NCBI RefSeq assembly: GCF_006345805.1
Contig: NC_043014.1
Span: 9,610,001 to 9,674,000, forward strand
Origin: Octopus sinensis
Lineage: Eukaryota
DNA length: 64,000 bases
Direction: 5' to 3'
The notes beneath the pieces are model-generated. The model had not been told where the DNA came from. It saw only the letters and a list, made by a program, of their open reading frames with translations, and made no database searches. Of the stretch, positions 26,486 through 39,182 are shown one piece after another (the first letter of the stretch is position 1; each line of letters starts with the position of its first letter). The position numbers and the translations under genes were made by a program.

Positions 26486-27995
26486 TATATTTTTTTCTCT
26501 AGCTTTGATACGACTCTTAATCTGTCTCTTTTTCTCTCTCTCTCTCCTCCCTTATTCCACTTCCTTTCTTTCCCTCTCCATCCGTCTCCCCCCCTTCTAC
26601 GTTCTCTATCTCTCTCACCTCCAGCCCCCTCGATCTGTCTCTTTCTTCTCCTCCCTCGTCCACCTCTCTCCCTTTTCATCTGTCCCTTTCTCCTGTCTTT
26701 TGTTCTCACGTGACAGCTAGCCGCTGTTGAGCGCTCTTTTCGTTTTCAGCAGCCGCAGAAGCAACACGTATTTGTTCGTCTCCCCGTGGCCTTTAGGCAC
26801 AACTTCACAAGCCAGCCCCATACTCAAATCGTCCTGTCGAAAGACCCTTGTCCTACGTCCTGGTTTTGTTTTGTTGTTATTTTTTATTTTTACCGTTATT
26901 GTTTTTACGTTTTTGTATTCTTATTGGTGTCACGTATTCTGTATTTTTGTTTGTGTACTTCGATCTTTTCCGTCCTTTCGTTGTATACATTCGAAGCTTT
27001 CTTCCAGGGGATCTAATGCGCTTGGCTTAGATTTCCCTTGGCGGGCTGGCCATATCGGAGCAATCTCAAGATTAATCAGCCGAAATTGCTAAGATGATCT
27101 GGTTCTTGACTGATGACTGAGGGCTTCGAATGTCCGTCCTGTGGTTCTTGTGTCGTCTCTGTGGTGTTCATGTTCTTGTCCATGTCTGTAATTAATTTTA
27201 CTGTTACCTATATAATCGGCGGCTACGTATCCACAATTGTCCTTATACGATAAGTATATTTTTTTCTCTAGCTTTGATACGACTCTTAATCTGTCTCTTT
27301 TTCTTTCTCTCTCTCTCCTCCCTTATTCCACTTCCTTCTTTCCCTCTCCATCCGTCTCCCCCCCTTCTACGTTTCCTCTATCTCTCTCACCTCCAGCCCC
27401 CCGATCTGTCTGTCTCTTCTTCTCCTCCCTCGTCCACCTTCTCTCCCTTTTCATCTGTCCCTTTCTCCTGTCTTTTGTTCTCACGTGACAGCTAGCCGCT
27501 GTTGAGCGCTCTTTTCGTTTTCAGCAGCCGCAGAAGCAACACGTATTTGTTCGTCTCCCCGTGGCTTTAGGCACAACTTCACAAGCCAGCCCCATACTCA
27601 AATCGTCCTGTCGAAAGACCCTTGTCCTACGTCCTGGTTTTGTTTTGTTGTTTATTTTTATTTTTTTTTACCGTTATTGTTTTTACGTTTTTGTATTCTT
27701 ATTGGGCACGTATTCTGTATTTTTGTTTGTGTACTTCGATCGTTTTCCGTCCTTTCGTTGTATACATTCGAAGCTTTCTTCCAGGGGATCTAATGCGCTT
27801 GGCTTAGATTTCCCTTGGCGGGCTGGCCATATCGGAGCAATCTCAAGATTAATCAGCCGAAATTGCTAAGATGATCTGGTTCTTGACTGATGACTGAGGG
27901 CTTCGAATGTCCCGTCCTGTGGTTCTTGTGTCGTCTCTGTGGTGTTTCATGTTCTTGTCCATGTCTGTAATTAATTTTACTGTTTACCTATAATA
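26482..27995 (+). repeat. Near-identical tandem duplication with 769-bp period (unidentified repeat element)
   Basis: Units start at 26482 and 27251 (TAAGTATATTTTTTTCTCTAGCTTTGATACG) and differ mainly by 1-nt indels. Confidence 0.9.
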
Positions 27996-28004
27996 TATAT
28001 ATAT

Positions 28005-28056
<52 letters not shown>

Positions 28057-28059
<3 letters not shown>

Positions 28060-28240
28060 GGAAGAGTTCACGAAAAAAGCAAATGACGAAGGCAAGTGGT
28101 GTAGAAAACAAACAAGTATATTAGTATAACACTCGGGAATTGAAAACATTTTTTACGTTTCGAGGCTATGCTTTTCTACAGAAAGGGACACAGAAAAAAC
28201 AAGGAGAGAAACAAGTAGAGAAAAAATGCGTGTAATGACT
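28057..28240 (-). mobile_element. Short repeat element with degenerate hammerhead-like motif
   Basis: Minus strand TTT-CTGTAGA-AAAGCATAGCCTC-GAAA-CG-TA-AAAA at about 28150-28185; a more decayed relative lies at about 31530-31700. Confidence 0.4.
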
Positions 28241-28310
28241 ACATATACATATACATACATACATATATATATGAATAAATGAAAGAATGGAGTTGAACGA
28301 CGATTTAACA

Positions 28311-28415
28311 AAATTCCTTTATTCTCGACATATGTTTCGAAGGCTGCATATTCCTAATTTCGAAGGAATAAGGGATGCATTATGCTGCCTTCTCATCAGG
28401 AAAAACAAGGAACTT
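28311..28415 (-). ncRNA. Type I hammerhead ribozyme with canonical core, in a Penelope-like remnant (about 28270-28650)
   Basis: Minus strand: stem I 5' AAGTTCCTTGTTTTTC; core CTGATGA; stem II GAAGGC-A-GCATA...TATGC-A-GCCTTC; GAAA; CATATG; TC cleavage; stem I 3' GAGAATAAAGGAATTT. Confidence 0.8.
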
Positions 28416-29084
28416 ATGTCAGCATCAAGATGAACAAAAGCTCTTAGATGACTGCCCACACGGAGCCCATAGCGATAATGAGTGTTTCTTTAAAATATTC
28501 CGTTATAAGCAGTGACGTCAAAAATGGTTGAATGTAGAAGATTCTAGAGAGTTCAAGGGTTCAAACTAGGTTGGAGGAGAGAGGTCTAAGAATAGGAAGG
28601 TGACAGGGTGTAAGTCATATGAATGGTGATTTGTTGTTGTTTTCTTTTGTGATTGAGTGTCTATGTGTGTGTATGTATATAACTGCATTCGTGTCTATGT
28701 GTGTGTATGTGTGTGCGTGATTGTGTGTGTGGTTGGGTAGATGCCAAAAAGAAACAGTGGTGAAGTGACAGGTTTGTGTCTGTGTGTTTGATTGTGCTTA
28801 CGATAGAGAGAGGGAAAGAGAGAGAGAGGAGGGTGAGGTAGAGAGACAAAGGTAAAACATAATTCCACGAATTTAGTAGTAGTCCTTTATGCGTATAAAA
28901 AATGTTTCTTTCATGCTTCATATTTTAGAGAGACTACTCGATAGAGAGTCCTTAAGCCAAGAGATTTTGGGATCTGACTACACACCGTAAAGCTAAACGC
29001 TTCATAAACGTGAGAGCCAGGATAACCCCATAACTATAAGTTATCTAACTTATTTGTACTGCATATATATATTAAATAGTCAAT

Positions 29085-29490
29085 GGGCGCAGGAGTGGCT
29101 GTGCGGTAAGTAGCTTGCTAACCAACCACATGGTTCCGGGTTCAGTCCCACGGCGTGGTATCTTGGGCAAGTTTCTTCTGCTATAGCCCTGGGCCGACCA
29201 ATGCCTTGTGAGTGGATTTGGTAGACAGAAACTGAAAGAAGCCTGTTGTATATATGTATATATATATATATATATATGTGGGTGTGTGTGTGTTTGTGTG
29301 TCTGTGTTTGTCCCCCTAGCATTGCTCGACAACCGATGCTGGTGTGTTTACGTCCCCATCCCTTAGCGGTTCGGCAAAGGAGACCGATAGAATAAGTACT
29401 GGGCTTACAAAGAATAAGTCCCGTGGTCGATTTGTTCGACTAAAAGGCGGTGCTCCAGCATGGCCGCAGTCAAATGACTGAAAGAGGAGT
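29085..29490 (+). mobile_element. SINE family C
   Basis: Full-length match to family C. Confidence 0.88.
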
Positions 29491-30218
29491 AAACGTATGG
29501 TATACACCTGGTAGTTTGTCGGTGGAGCTAGTTTACGGGCTGAGTGCTCGGTATTTGATCAACGAGACAGACGGGAGATGGAAGATACGAGAATCTATAT
29601 AGATCACTAAAATTGATTCGACCCATCTAGCATCCATCTGTTGCGGATTGTATACTGCACATTTAGGGATACTGGTGTATCCCTGAATGTAGACGTGTCA
29701 CACCGGTGATTGCAAGAGGTGTCATAAAATAAATTGTTTTGCAAGATTTCGACATATAACACGAGGGCTATTAAGAGCTCGTAAATAGCTGAAAAGGGTT
29801 TAGCAAGAAAGTTGGCAGATAATCAAAGGGTGATAAGATTAGAAAGGAAAGCAGCGAGTGAAGTTACTGAAATGTCTCAAATTCCTGATGTGTAATGGCT
29901 ATTGTAGCACAGCATATCTAAAGACGTTTACAATCGAAATCGAAGGAAGTTATATTATTTACAGAAGTGAAAGAAATATTCACGGGAAAATAGATACATT
30001 TTCATGAGTGTGATGCTGACAATTTCATGAAATTCATGTGTACTCAGGTGAAAGGTAATTCATTAGCAGAGTCTACAATAGTGAGACAAACATTCATGGT
30101 GGATAAGTAATCGTGTTATCCACATTTAATACACACACACACGCACACAAACACGCAGACACACACACCACACACACACACACACACCACACACACACAC
30201 ACACACCACACACAACAC

Positions 30219-30252
<34 letters not shown>

Positions 30253-30300
30253 ATAGCATAACTAAATCTCAGAATGAGATTGAAACAGTGATCGCTCGAT

Positions 30301-30519
30301 AATGTAAAGTATAGAAGCCATCTTATCATGGCTAACCACATAGGGGAGGGGGTGTTACTGTAGCTTTATAGCCCCAAGAGATCGTGCAAATACTTCAAGG
30401 GCACTGATATGGTGTCTAAAGCCAGCTAGAGACGACGATCTCTTGGGGCTATAAAGCTACAGTAACACCCCCTCCCCTATGTGGTTAGGCATGATAAGAT
30501 GGGTTCTATACTTTACATT
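30301..30519. repeat. 85-bp inverted repeat with 49-bp spacer (MITE or fold-back element)
   Basis: Arms 30301-30385 and 30435-30519, with 2 mismatches by manual alignment. Confidence 0.9.
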
Positions 30520-30689
30520 ATATATATATATATAACCTCCTTCGCACTAGCCGCAAATGAATGACGGTAGATGGAATATACGAGAACTTACTGTTAATCA
30601 CGACAATTGTTTCGACACTTTAAGCATTGATCCATCACGGGTGGGACATTCAACATCATGTTCTTGATTCGACGGTCATTCGGAATGCT

Positions 30690-31248
30690 CACAGCAGCCA
30701 TATTCCTACCGCTCTGTGTCACGCTGGTGAACGCTGGTGAGACCTATATTGGAGTACGGGATTCAAGCCTCTTCTCCTTATCCCCTCAAAGACATACAGC
30801 ATCTCGAAAGAGTCCAGAAGTTGGCTACCCGCATGGTTCTTGGTCTCAAGAATTTGTCTTATGAAGAAAGGCTGAAGACGCTCGAACTTATTCTCTAGAA
30901 AAACGACGACGCCGTGGTGATCTCATTCTTGTTCACAACATCATAAGCGGAAAGTGTAACCTCTCGAAAGAGCTGTTCTTCACTCCTGCTCCAGAGCGTC
31001 GGCTGCGGGGTCATTCCAAAAAGCTCTATCTGCGACGATTTCATCTCAATCGAAGGAGAGAGGCTTTCTCCGTCCTGGTTGCGGATCCGTGGAATAAGCT
31101 GCCGGACGAGATAGTGAAGATGCCGACGACCGATCGGATCAAAGTCTCCCTTGACCACAAGTGGCCTGAACTGTTTACATGAACACCACCCTGTACATAA
31201 CTCAATGTCCCCCTAAATGGCCTTGCTTTTTGCCTTTTGAGCCCAAAA

Positions 31249-31250
<2 letters not shown>
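30690..31250 (+). mobile_element. CR1-clade LINE 3' fragment
   Basis: Frameshifted translation RPILEYGIQASSPY...HLERVQKLATRMVLGLKNLSYEERLKTLEL...EKRRRRGDLI...RLRGHSKKL...PWNKLPDEIV is the typical CR1 ORF2 C-terminus. Confidence 0.9.
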
Positions 31251-31315
<65 letters not shown>

Positions 31316-33514
31316 AAATTTAGATGAATAGCCACTAAAGTGGACACCTAATATGCTAAACATAGCCGTCACATCGCCATATATATATCTATATACATAC
31401 ATACATACATACATACATACATACATACATACATAACACATACATACATACATACATGCATGCATAGAGACAGACAGGCAGACAGACAGGCACACAGACA
31501 GATATAGATATACATACATATATATAGTTGAAATTTATATAAAAGCAAAAGACGAGGACACGTGTATGTACAACAACCAATTGTATAAATTTTGATGCTC
31601 AAGAAGATGTAAAAGCATTTTACGTTTCGCGCAGAAGGTATCAACAAAAAGGATAAGATAATAATATTGAAAGAATGAAAAACAAAGTGGTTCGGCATAG
31701 CGCATATATATATATATATATATACATACATAACTGAAGAGTATGTGTTGCAGGTGCTTCCGAACATTTCATGACATAAAAGTGTTCTACGCCCATAACT
31801 CTTTCAATAATTGAGAGCTAAGTCATGCTGTGATACACATACACGCATATGTATGTAAGTATGTGTGTATATGCGAGTATTTACGTGGGCGTGTGTGTTT
31901 CTGCGTGTGCGCATGCGTGATTGTGCGTACGATGGTAGATACATAGATATAAACGCATACTAATTTGAGCGAATTTAACATGAAAGCGAAAAACTATACG
32001 AAAATATCTAAATTAAGTAGGATTATATGAAATCTTAGCAATCATGAAATTAAAATGTAATTTGATGTTCATCTTTTATTCAACATTTCCCTAAGCTAGT
32101 ATCTATTTTTTTTATTCCAGAAATCTCTCCAGATACAGAGTTTTCACTTGGGAACAAAATCAGGGAAACTTAAATATTAAAACGATAACAGAAAACAAAA
32201 AGCAAGAATTCGAAAAAATTCCTTCGTGATATCAGCTCATTATTTATTTAGTTATTTATTATGTCTTTTGAATATTTAAGATTATTTTATTTCCTCAGCG
32301 CATCTCATTTTCATCAGTTAATTTAGTTCCAAGTTTTCTTCCTATTGTAACTATTCTGTTTTTTAATGGTGCATTACGTCTTCCCTTTTAGCTGACTGAT
32401 CTCGGAAAATTATAACAGGTGTCTGAATCAACGATGTTGTAATGTTTAGGTCTATCAGGAAACTGATATCAAATTCAATTATGGATTTTATATTGAATCA
32501 TTTCTACTATTTATTCATTTGTTCTGAGTTACTATTTTTTATCGCTACAATATTTGAATAATTGTATAATACTGATTCCATAAATCCCCTTATCGTCGTG
32601 TTCTGCAAATGATATATCGTGTTAAATATTTCATATGTTCGTTAATATTTGCCATTTTTTTTATAATTGACTTCTACACCTTTCTTCAATTCCTGTCTAT
32701 TTTCCCTATTCATTTTCAGATTTGTTGTGTCTCAATTGGGGTCATATTGGAGGACTTGTATATATTTATATTTATATTATATAATTTTATATTTGACTTT
32801 AAGTAGAAAACACATTGGTGTCGTATTAAATGAAGTGATAATAAAATTGCTAAAAGATATTGAAAGTAATTCAAATCAAAATATTCATTGGAAGTATTTT
32901 ATTTCTAAAGAATAAGTGTAACGATGAAGCACGGTTACCGCTTATATAAGACATTTAATGCTAATCCTGTTTACAGTACTTGTCTTTTTGGGATGATTTG
33001 CATACCTAATTTGTCTTGACAAAAAAATATGAAGCCCGTAACTAGAATCCATGCAAGTGGCCTATATACGAAAGTCTGTCACCTGAGGGTTTTAAGAATC
33101 AATTATGTTTATTTATCATTCATGCATCAATGAAACTAGTTATGGCTGCTATGTGATATCGAATATTATGCGCATATATTTAGCATATGATTGTCGTTAT
33201 ATGTGCTGCTTCTATTTCCAAGTAATTACGCATATGCTGCCAGTTTAAACAAGATGTTTCCGCATATTTTTTATTTCGTTCCAAATTTGTAGACTTAAAG
33301 TACAAGTAACATACACGGTATTCTGCGTGAATTATGGGAGAAACAAGGCAGACATGGGTATTTGTATTTGCTAATTCCCGCGTTATAAATAGAAAATTTC
33401 AAATACAATAAAGGTGAATCTGTATTAATTACCTGGTATATTTAAAAAAAAATATGGAAATGTATGTTTATTTTACGGTATTCAATTCGTGACATTATAA
33501 CCGGCAAGGCAAAG

Positions 33515-33668
33515 TCTTCGCTATATTTGCGGCACCTGCCAGAGGGAGTGTTTGTCCAGGATAGGACTACACATCCACATCAGGAGATGTATGAGGACAT
33601 GAAATGTAAAAGCCAGACTAGATTATTCTTTGCGCAACTCCATTGTCTCCCGATGCCAACAACAACAA
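33515..33668 (+). mobile_element. Severely 5'-truncated RTE/BovB-like 3' end
   Basis: Matches the reverse complement of 22698-22860; ends GATGCCAACAACAACAA. Confidence 0.8.
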
Positions 33669-33898
33669 ATTCATGATAATGATAAGATATTATAGTTAAC
33701 AGAATTGTAAATAAGAGAAATGAAACGGAAGTATATTTTGACCAGACAAGGATTTGATATCAGGAACATTCCACCATCTTAGATGTAGAGAGTTCTCAGA
33801 CGAGTCTTTGCAGGGCGTAAAATTGTGTTGGCTATTGAGGAAGCATATATTGTAGAGCACTCACACCACCACGTTAAGTACTTTTACAAGGTTTCTTA

Positions 33899-34992
33899 TT
33901 TCTTTATTGCTATAAGGGGCTAAACATAGAGGGGACAAACAAGGACAGACAAATTGATTAAGTCGATTAAGACGATTACATCGACCCCAGTGCGTAACTG
34001 GTACTTAATTTATCGACCCCGAAAGGATGAAAGGCAAAGTCGACCTCGGCGGAATTTGAACTCAGAACGTAGCGGTAGGCGAAATACCTATTTCTTTACT
34101 ACCCACAAGGGGCTAAACAAAGAGAGGACAAACAAGGACAGGAAAACGGATTAAGTTAATTATATCGACCCCGAAAGGATGAAAGGCAAAGTCAAACTCG
34201 GCGGAATTTGAACTCAGAACGTAGCGGCAGACGAAATACCTATTTCTTTAATACTCACAATGGGCTAAACACAGAGGGGACGAAGAAGGATAGACAAACG
34301 GATTAAGTCGATTATATCGACCCCAGTGCGTAACTGGTACTGTATTTATCGCCCCCGAAAGGATGAAAGGCAAAGTCGACCTCGGCGGAATTTGAACTCA
34401 GAACTTAGCGGCAGGCGAAATACCTATTTCTTTACTACTCACAAGGGGCTAAACAAAGAGAGGACAAACAAGGACAGGAAAACGGATTAAGTTAATTATA
34501 TCGACCCCGAAAGGATGAAAGGCAAAGTCAAACTCGGCGGAATTTGAACTCAGAACGTAGCGGCAGACGAAATACCTATTTCTTTAATACCCACAATGGG
34601 CTAAACACAGAGAGGACAAACAAGGACAGAGAAATGGATTAAATCAATTATATCGACCCCAGTGCGTAACTGGTACTTAATTTATCAACCCCGAAAGGAT
34701 GAAAAGCGAAGTCGACCTCGGCGGAATTTGAACCCAGAACGTAGCGGCAAGCGAAATACCTATTTCTTTATTACCCACAAGGAGCTAAACATAGAGGGGA
34801 CAAACAAGGACAGACATAGGTATTAAGTCGATTACATCGACCCCAGTGCGTAACTGGTACTTAATTTATCGACCCCGAAAGGACGAAAAGCGAAGTCGAC
34901 CTCGGCGGAATTTGAACCCAGAACGTAGCGGCAAGCGAAATACCGCTAAGCATTTTGCCCGGCGTGCTAACGTTTCTGACAGCTCACCGCCT
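33899..34992 (-). mobile_element. Six-unit tandem array of SINE A bodies behind a single head
   Basis: Units start at about 33899, 34091, 34243, 34427, 34579 and 34763. Units 2 and 4 share the same 152-bp deleted form. Confidence 0.9.
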
Positions 34993-35828
34993 TGACTTGT
35001 TCGAGGTTTCTGTCTTGTACGAGATTTCTGTGAAGGTTTAGTATCAATATTTGGTATCTTAAAATTCACAGTCGTCCTTCATAATATCAACACCAGTATG
35101 TTATTCTATACTGGGCAGACGCTTAGACGATGCACATTATTATTAAAAGGGATTAGTTACTCATCTGTATTAGACTGATTTTCCTCACGATGCTTTTGCT
35201 ACGCACGATAATAACATCCTTCGTGTAGTTGAACAAGTAAAATTACCCAAAAGGATTTCCAGATATGCTGTTTTGTGTGCAGTCAATCAAATCAATACCC
35301 GGCGCCATACTTGGTTGATGTTGAATTTAATACCATAAAATATTTGATAAAGTAGAAAATAATTAATATTTTTTTGCTTGTCGGTAATTAGAAGATAGTG
35401 GAAGACAGCCATTATAGCAATTAGATTTCCCATAACATGTCTTTCAATCACGAAAGATATAGTTTTTACACGTTCATACAAAACCTATTGAATATAAAGT
35501 CAATCTGTTGCACTAAAAATCCTGAGCGGCATTCCGTCCGTCTTAAAATCTTAGGTTTACATTCCAGTGAGGTCCAATTTGCCCTTTAGTCTTCCAAGGT
35601 CGATAAAATAATTACCAGAACAGCACTGGCGCCAATGTAGTCGATTTGCTCCTCCCTCGAACTTAGACCGCTGGTGCCAAAATTCGAAACCAGCTGTTTG
35701 ATTTCCCATCACATGTCTTTCAATCACGAAAGATATAGTTTTTACACGGCCATACCAAACCTATTGAATATAAAGTCAATCTGTTGTACAAGAAAAACAC
35801 TAACAACTATCATAACAACAGCAAAAGT

Positions 35829-35990
35829 GGAGCCGCATTGGCCCACTGGTTAGGGCAGCGGACCCGCTGTTTCGATTCCCAGACCGAGCATTGTGAGTGT
35901 TTATTGAGCAAAAACACCTAAGCTCCAAGAGTCTCCGGCGGTGAACTCCACTGTATTCTTTCACCACAACTTTCTCTCACTCTTTCTTCC
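35829..35990 (+). mobile_element. SINE D, 5' part
   Basis: GGCCCACTGGTTAGGGCAGCGGAC...TTTCGATTCCCAGACCG head. Confidence 0.75.
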
Positions 35991-36914
35991 TACTCCTGCC
36001 ACAAAGCAGAGGAACCATGGTGTAACCCACTATGGTGTGGTAAACTTTCCGACCCTAGTCTAGATTGTGGATCCTCTGTACCCGAGGATGGTTCAGCTCT
36101 CCACCTGTTAAAAGCCACCGTTTACCGAATGAGGATAACAATGTAGCTTTCGATCCCGTGCAAAGCGCCAGTATATCGCGTGTGGTGGTTGGATCTTCAA
36201 GTTGCCACACGCATTCTTTGTAGCTTAGAGTAGGCTCGAATTAGGGATTATTCTTTGTGGCTAATGGCGTGAGTCATGATTGGAAGAAGACAACAGCTAA
36301 ACAATCTGTTCATCTTTATTGTAACTGTTTTTTACGATAGGAACGATGACCCTAGAAATCTTTCAAGTCGTTCGGTGTGAGAAAGAGAAAATAGAACTCC
36401 TGAGTGGATACGAAATATGTTAACACTAACAATTTTAAACGCCTGATACGTGTGCAGCACTAATTAAAATGAACAATCTAGTATTTAATAATTACTGAAC
36501 AAGAACGTTAAAACAGTTGTTAGATGGCTTTAATGTTGTAACATTAGGCAAATACCATTACGAAGAATAGGTTTTAATTAGATTCTCGGGCATTTTTGTC
36601 GAGAAAGGTTGAAAACTTGATAAAGTTTAATAAGTAAATGCAACGTAGTACAAACGTAATGTTACATTTGATAGACATGACATATAAACAGAAGCTTTTA
36701 GTTTAATGGAAGAAAAGGCGTGGGAAAGCTTTAGACAAGTAAATTAATACGAAGAAATATTTCAGAATTCGGTTGTAAATTGAAAGATACAAGACACACA
36801 TATACACACACACACACATAAACACACTTATACTCACACTTATACACATCAAGAAACAGGAAGAAAGAGTGAGAGAAAGTTGGGGCGAAAGAGTACAACA
36901 GAGTACAAACGGTT

Positions 36915-36965
<51 letters not shown>

Positions 36966-37063
36966 TTATATATACACATTTATATATATATAATATATAT
37001 ACATAGATACAAATATATACATACATGCATATATTTATATATAGATAGATACATATATATACA

Positions 37064-37136
<73 letters not shown>

Positions 37137-37149
37137 TATATATATATAT

Positions 37150-37350
37150 ATATATAAAGTTAATCCAAACATGAAAACACAAAGAGAAAAGAACAACGCA
37201 AGGACGTGCAACAAGTATAGTGTTATTGGACGCTCAGAAAAGGAGGATCTAACGTTTCGAGCGGAGCTCTTCGTCAGAACATAGGAAAGGGAAATATCCA
37301 AGGAAGGGAAAGCAGAGGAAAAAATCGCCAACGATACACACACGGTCACA
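37150..37350 (-). mobile_element. Short Penelope-like element with minimal hammerhead motif
   Basis: Minus strand GTT-CTGACGA-A-GAGC-TCC-GCTC-GAAA-CGT-TA-GAT at about 37247-37280; homologous to 9905-10125. Confidence 0.55.
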
Positions 37351-37351
37351 C

Positions 37352-37430
<79 letters not shown>

Positions 37431-37499
37431 TTATATCAGGGATACGTCAGTTTATTCGAGTACATCCCTTTCACGATAGCTTTCTTCTAACTTATTTTA

Positions 37500-38520
37500 T
37501 GACCTTGCGTTTTAGATAAATAACGTCAGACATGAGGTTCACTCAGCAAATGACATATTATACTGTAACCGTTGCCTTAAAAACGCATCGCAGTGATATA
37601 GGGATAGCTTGCTTCTTGAAAGTTGCCCAATCCGTCGTGGTCGAAGTTCAAAGGGGCCTGATGGTGAACTTGCATCAGCAGCTAAACGCAAAGTGCATGC
37701 ACAGGGCCCTAATGCTATTAGAACACATAACTTTGAGCAAAAAGAAATAATTGATGAGTCGGTCAGATGCATTGCAAAAAACCTCAAAGTTTCAGAGTGC
37801 AAGATCAGATGGGGATATCTTCTAAAAAAGGATATTCCCTAATAAAAGTAATATGTTTGGGGTCAGTTTATCTCGGATGTGACAAGAGATAATTGTTTCA
37901 TCCGTAGAAAGTGCTCCCTGAATTTAAAAAAAACAGAACGCGAAAACTTTTGGGTGTTTTTCTAATAATGAGAAAGTCTCCGAGTAAGACGAACGTTAAA
38001 CCAATGGAACGGCAAATGGTCATGCAGAAACTCAAATGAGGTTCCAACGGTCGTGCGTACTAGGTTCCCAACATCTGTGATGGCTTTTAGGGTTGTTATC
38101 AATGAGTGAGATATCATACTTCCTCCAAGCGTTTTACAGAGCTTAAGAATTAATGACTGTGTAAACAGAGGTGTTGGAGAAGGTTATCAGGCCCTTGGTA
38201 GACAGGAAACGCAAGAGAAAACCGTACGTCTTCCATCCAAAATCTGCGACTTCTTATAATGTTAAAAGAAACCAAGCGTTCATGATCATGTTCTCCCAGA
38301 CACATAGCCTCGTATCAGACAAGTCAATCACCATAGGGGGCGCAGTCGGAAGAGAGTTCAATCAACAATCCGATACATAGCATACAATATCCCAAGCCTT
38401 CATAATCGGCACTACGTCCCAAATTGATAAAGATCATATTTAAAGATTCTGTGATGTCAGTGATTCTGACAACATATATAACCAACCATGTATGGTAACG
38501 GTGGATTAATAAAACGATTC
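37500..38520 (+). pseudogene. Decayed Tc1/mariner-superfamily transposase spanning N- to C-terminus
   Basis: Across frameshifts it reads VALKTHRSDIGIACFLKVAQ...SAAKRKVH...IAKNLKVSECKIR (HTH-like), EVLEKVIRP...KPYVF and GAVGREFNQ. Same family type as 6569-7340. Confidence 0.6.
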
Positions 38521-38550
38521 TCGAGATTATTATACCAAACAGATGACCTG

Positions 38551-38599
<49 letters not shown>

Positions 38600-38687
38600 G
38601 TGTAATGGTAAAACAACAAAAGAATGAAAGAGACCTCGATATTATGTAAATAGAGGAATTAATATATGTGACAATTATTCAGTTGCC

Positions 38688-38760
<73 letters not shown>

Positions 38761-38813
38761 ATACATACATACATATATACATACATACATACATACATAC
38801 ATACATACATACA

Positions 38814-38849
<36 letters not shown>

Positions 38850-39182
38850 TATGTATAGGGGCGGGGATACGTATGTAGTTATATTTGTTTTTGCGTGTAC
38901 ATTGTATATCTTGCGCGTAGATTTAGACGTATATGACTGCTACTGAGAAGTTTGGAGTTCGACAGTGATTTTTTCCTCACGCGGTCTACTTTCAATATAA
39001 CAGTGCTTACAGAGACAGCGCAAATGTATATAAAGTGGATTTAGGATTCATCTAAATTTGTCTATGTGTTGAAATTAAAGCATTTGCGGCCTGAAAGACA
39101 GACGTTACCTTATCAGAAACACAAGTAGAACGTTTGTTTCACTAATATATATATATATATATATATAATATATATATATATG

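Noticed and set aside
27100-27140. CTGATGA...GAATGTC in the duplicated unit (also about 27880-27915)
   Set aside because: It has GAAT rather than GAAA, and stems I and II are not convincing.
28921-29045. Weak resemblance to Helitron internal sequence
   Set aside because: Too short and diverged; no termini.
33899-34992. Regularly spaced repeats superficially like a CRISPR array
   Set aside because: The units are whole SINE bodies with no unique spacers; eukaryotic context and no cas genes.
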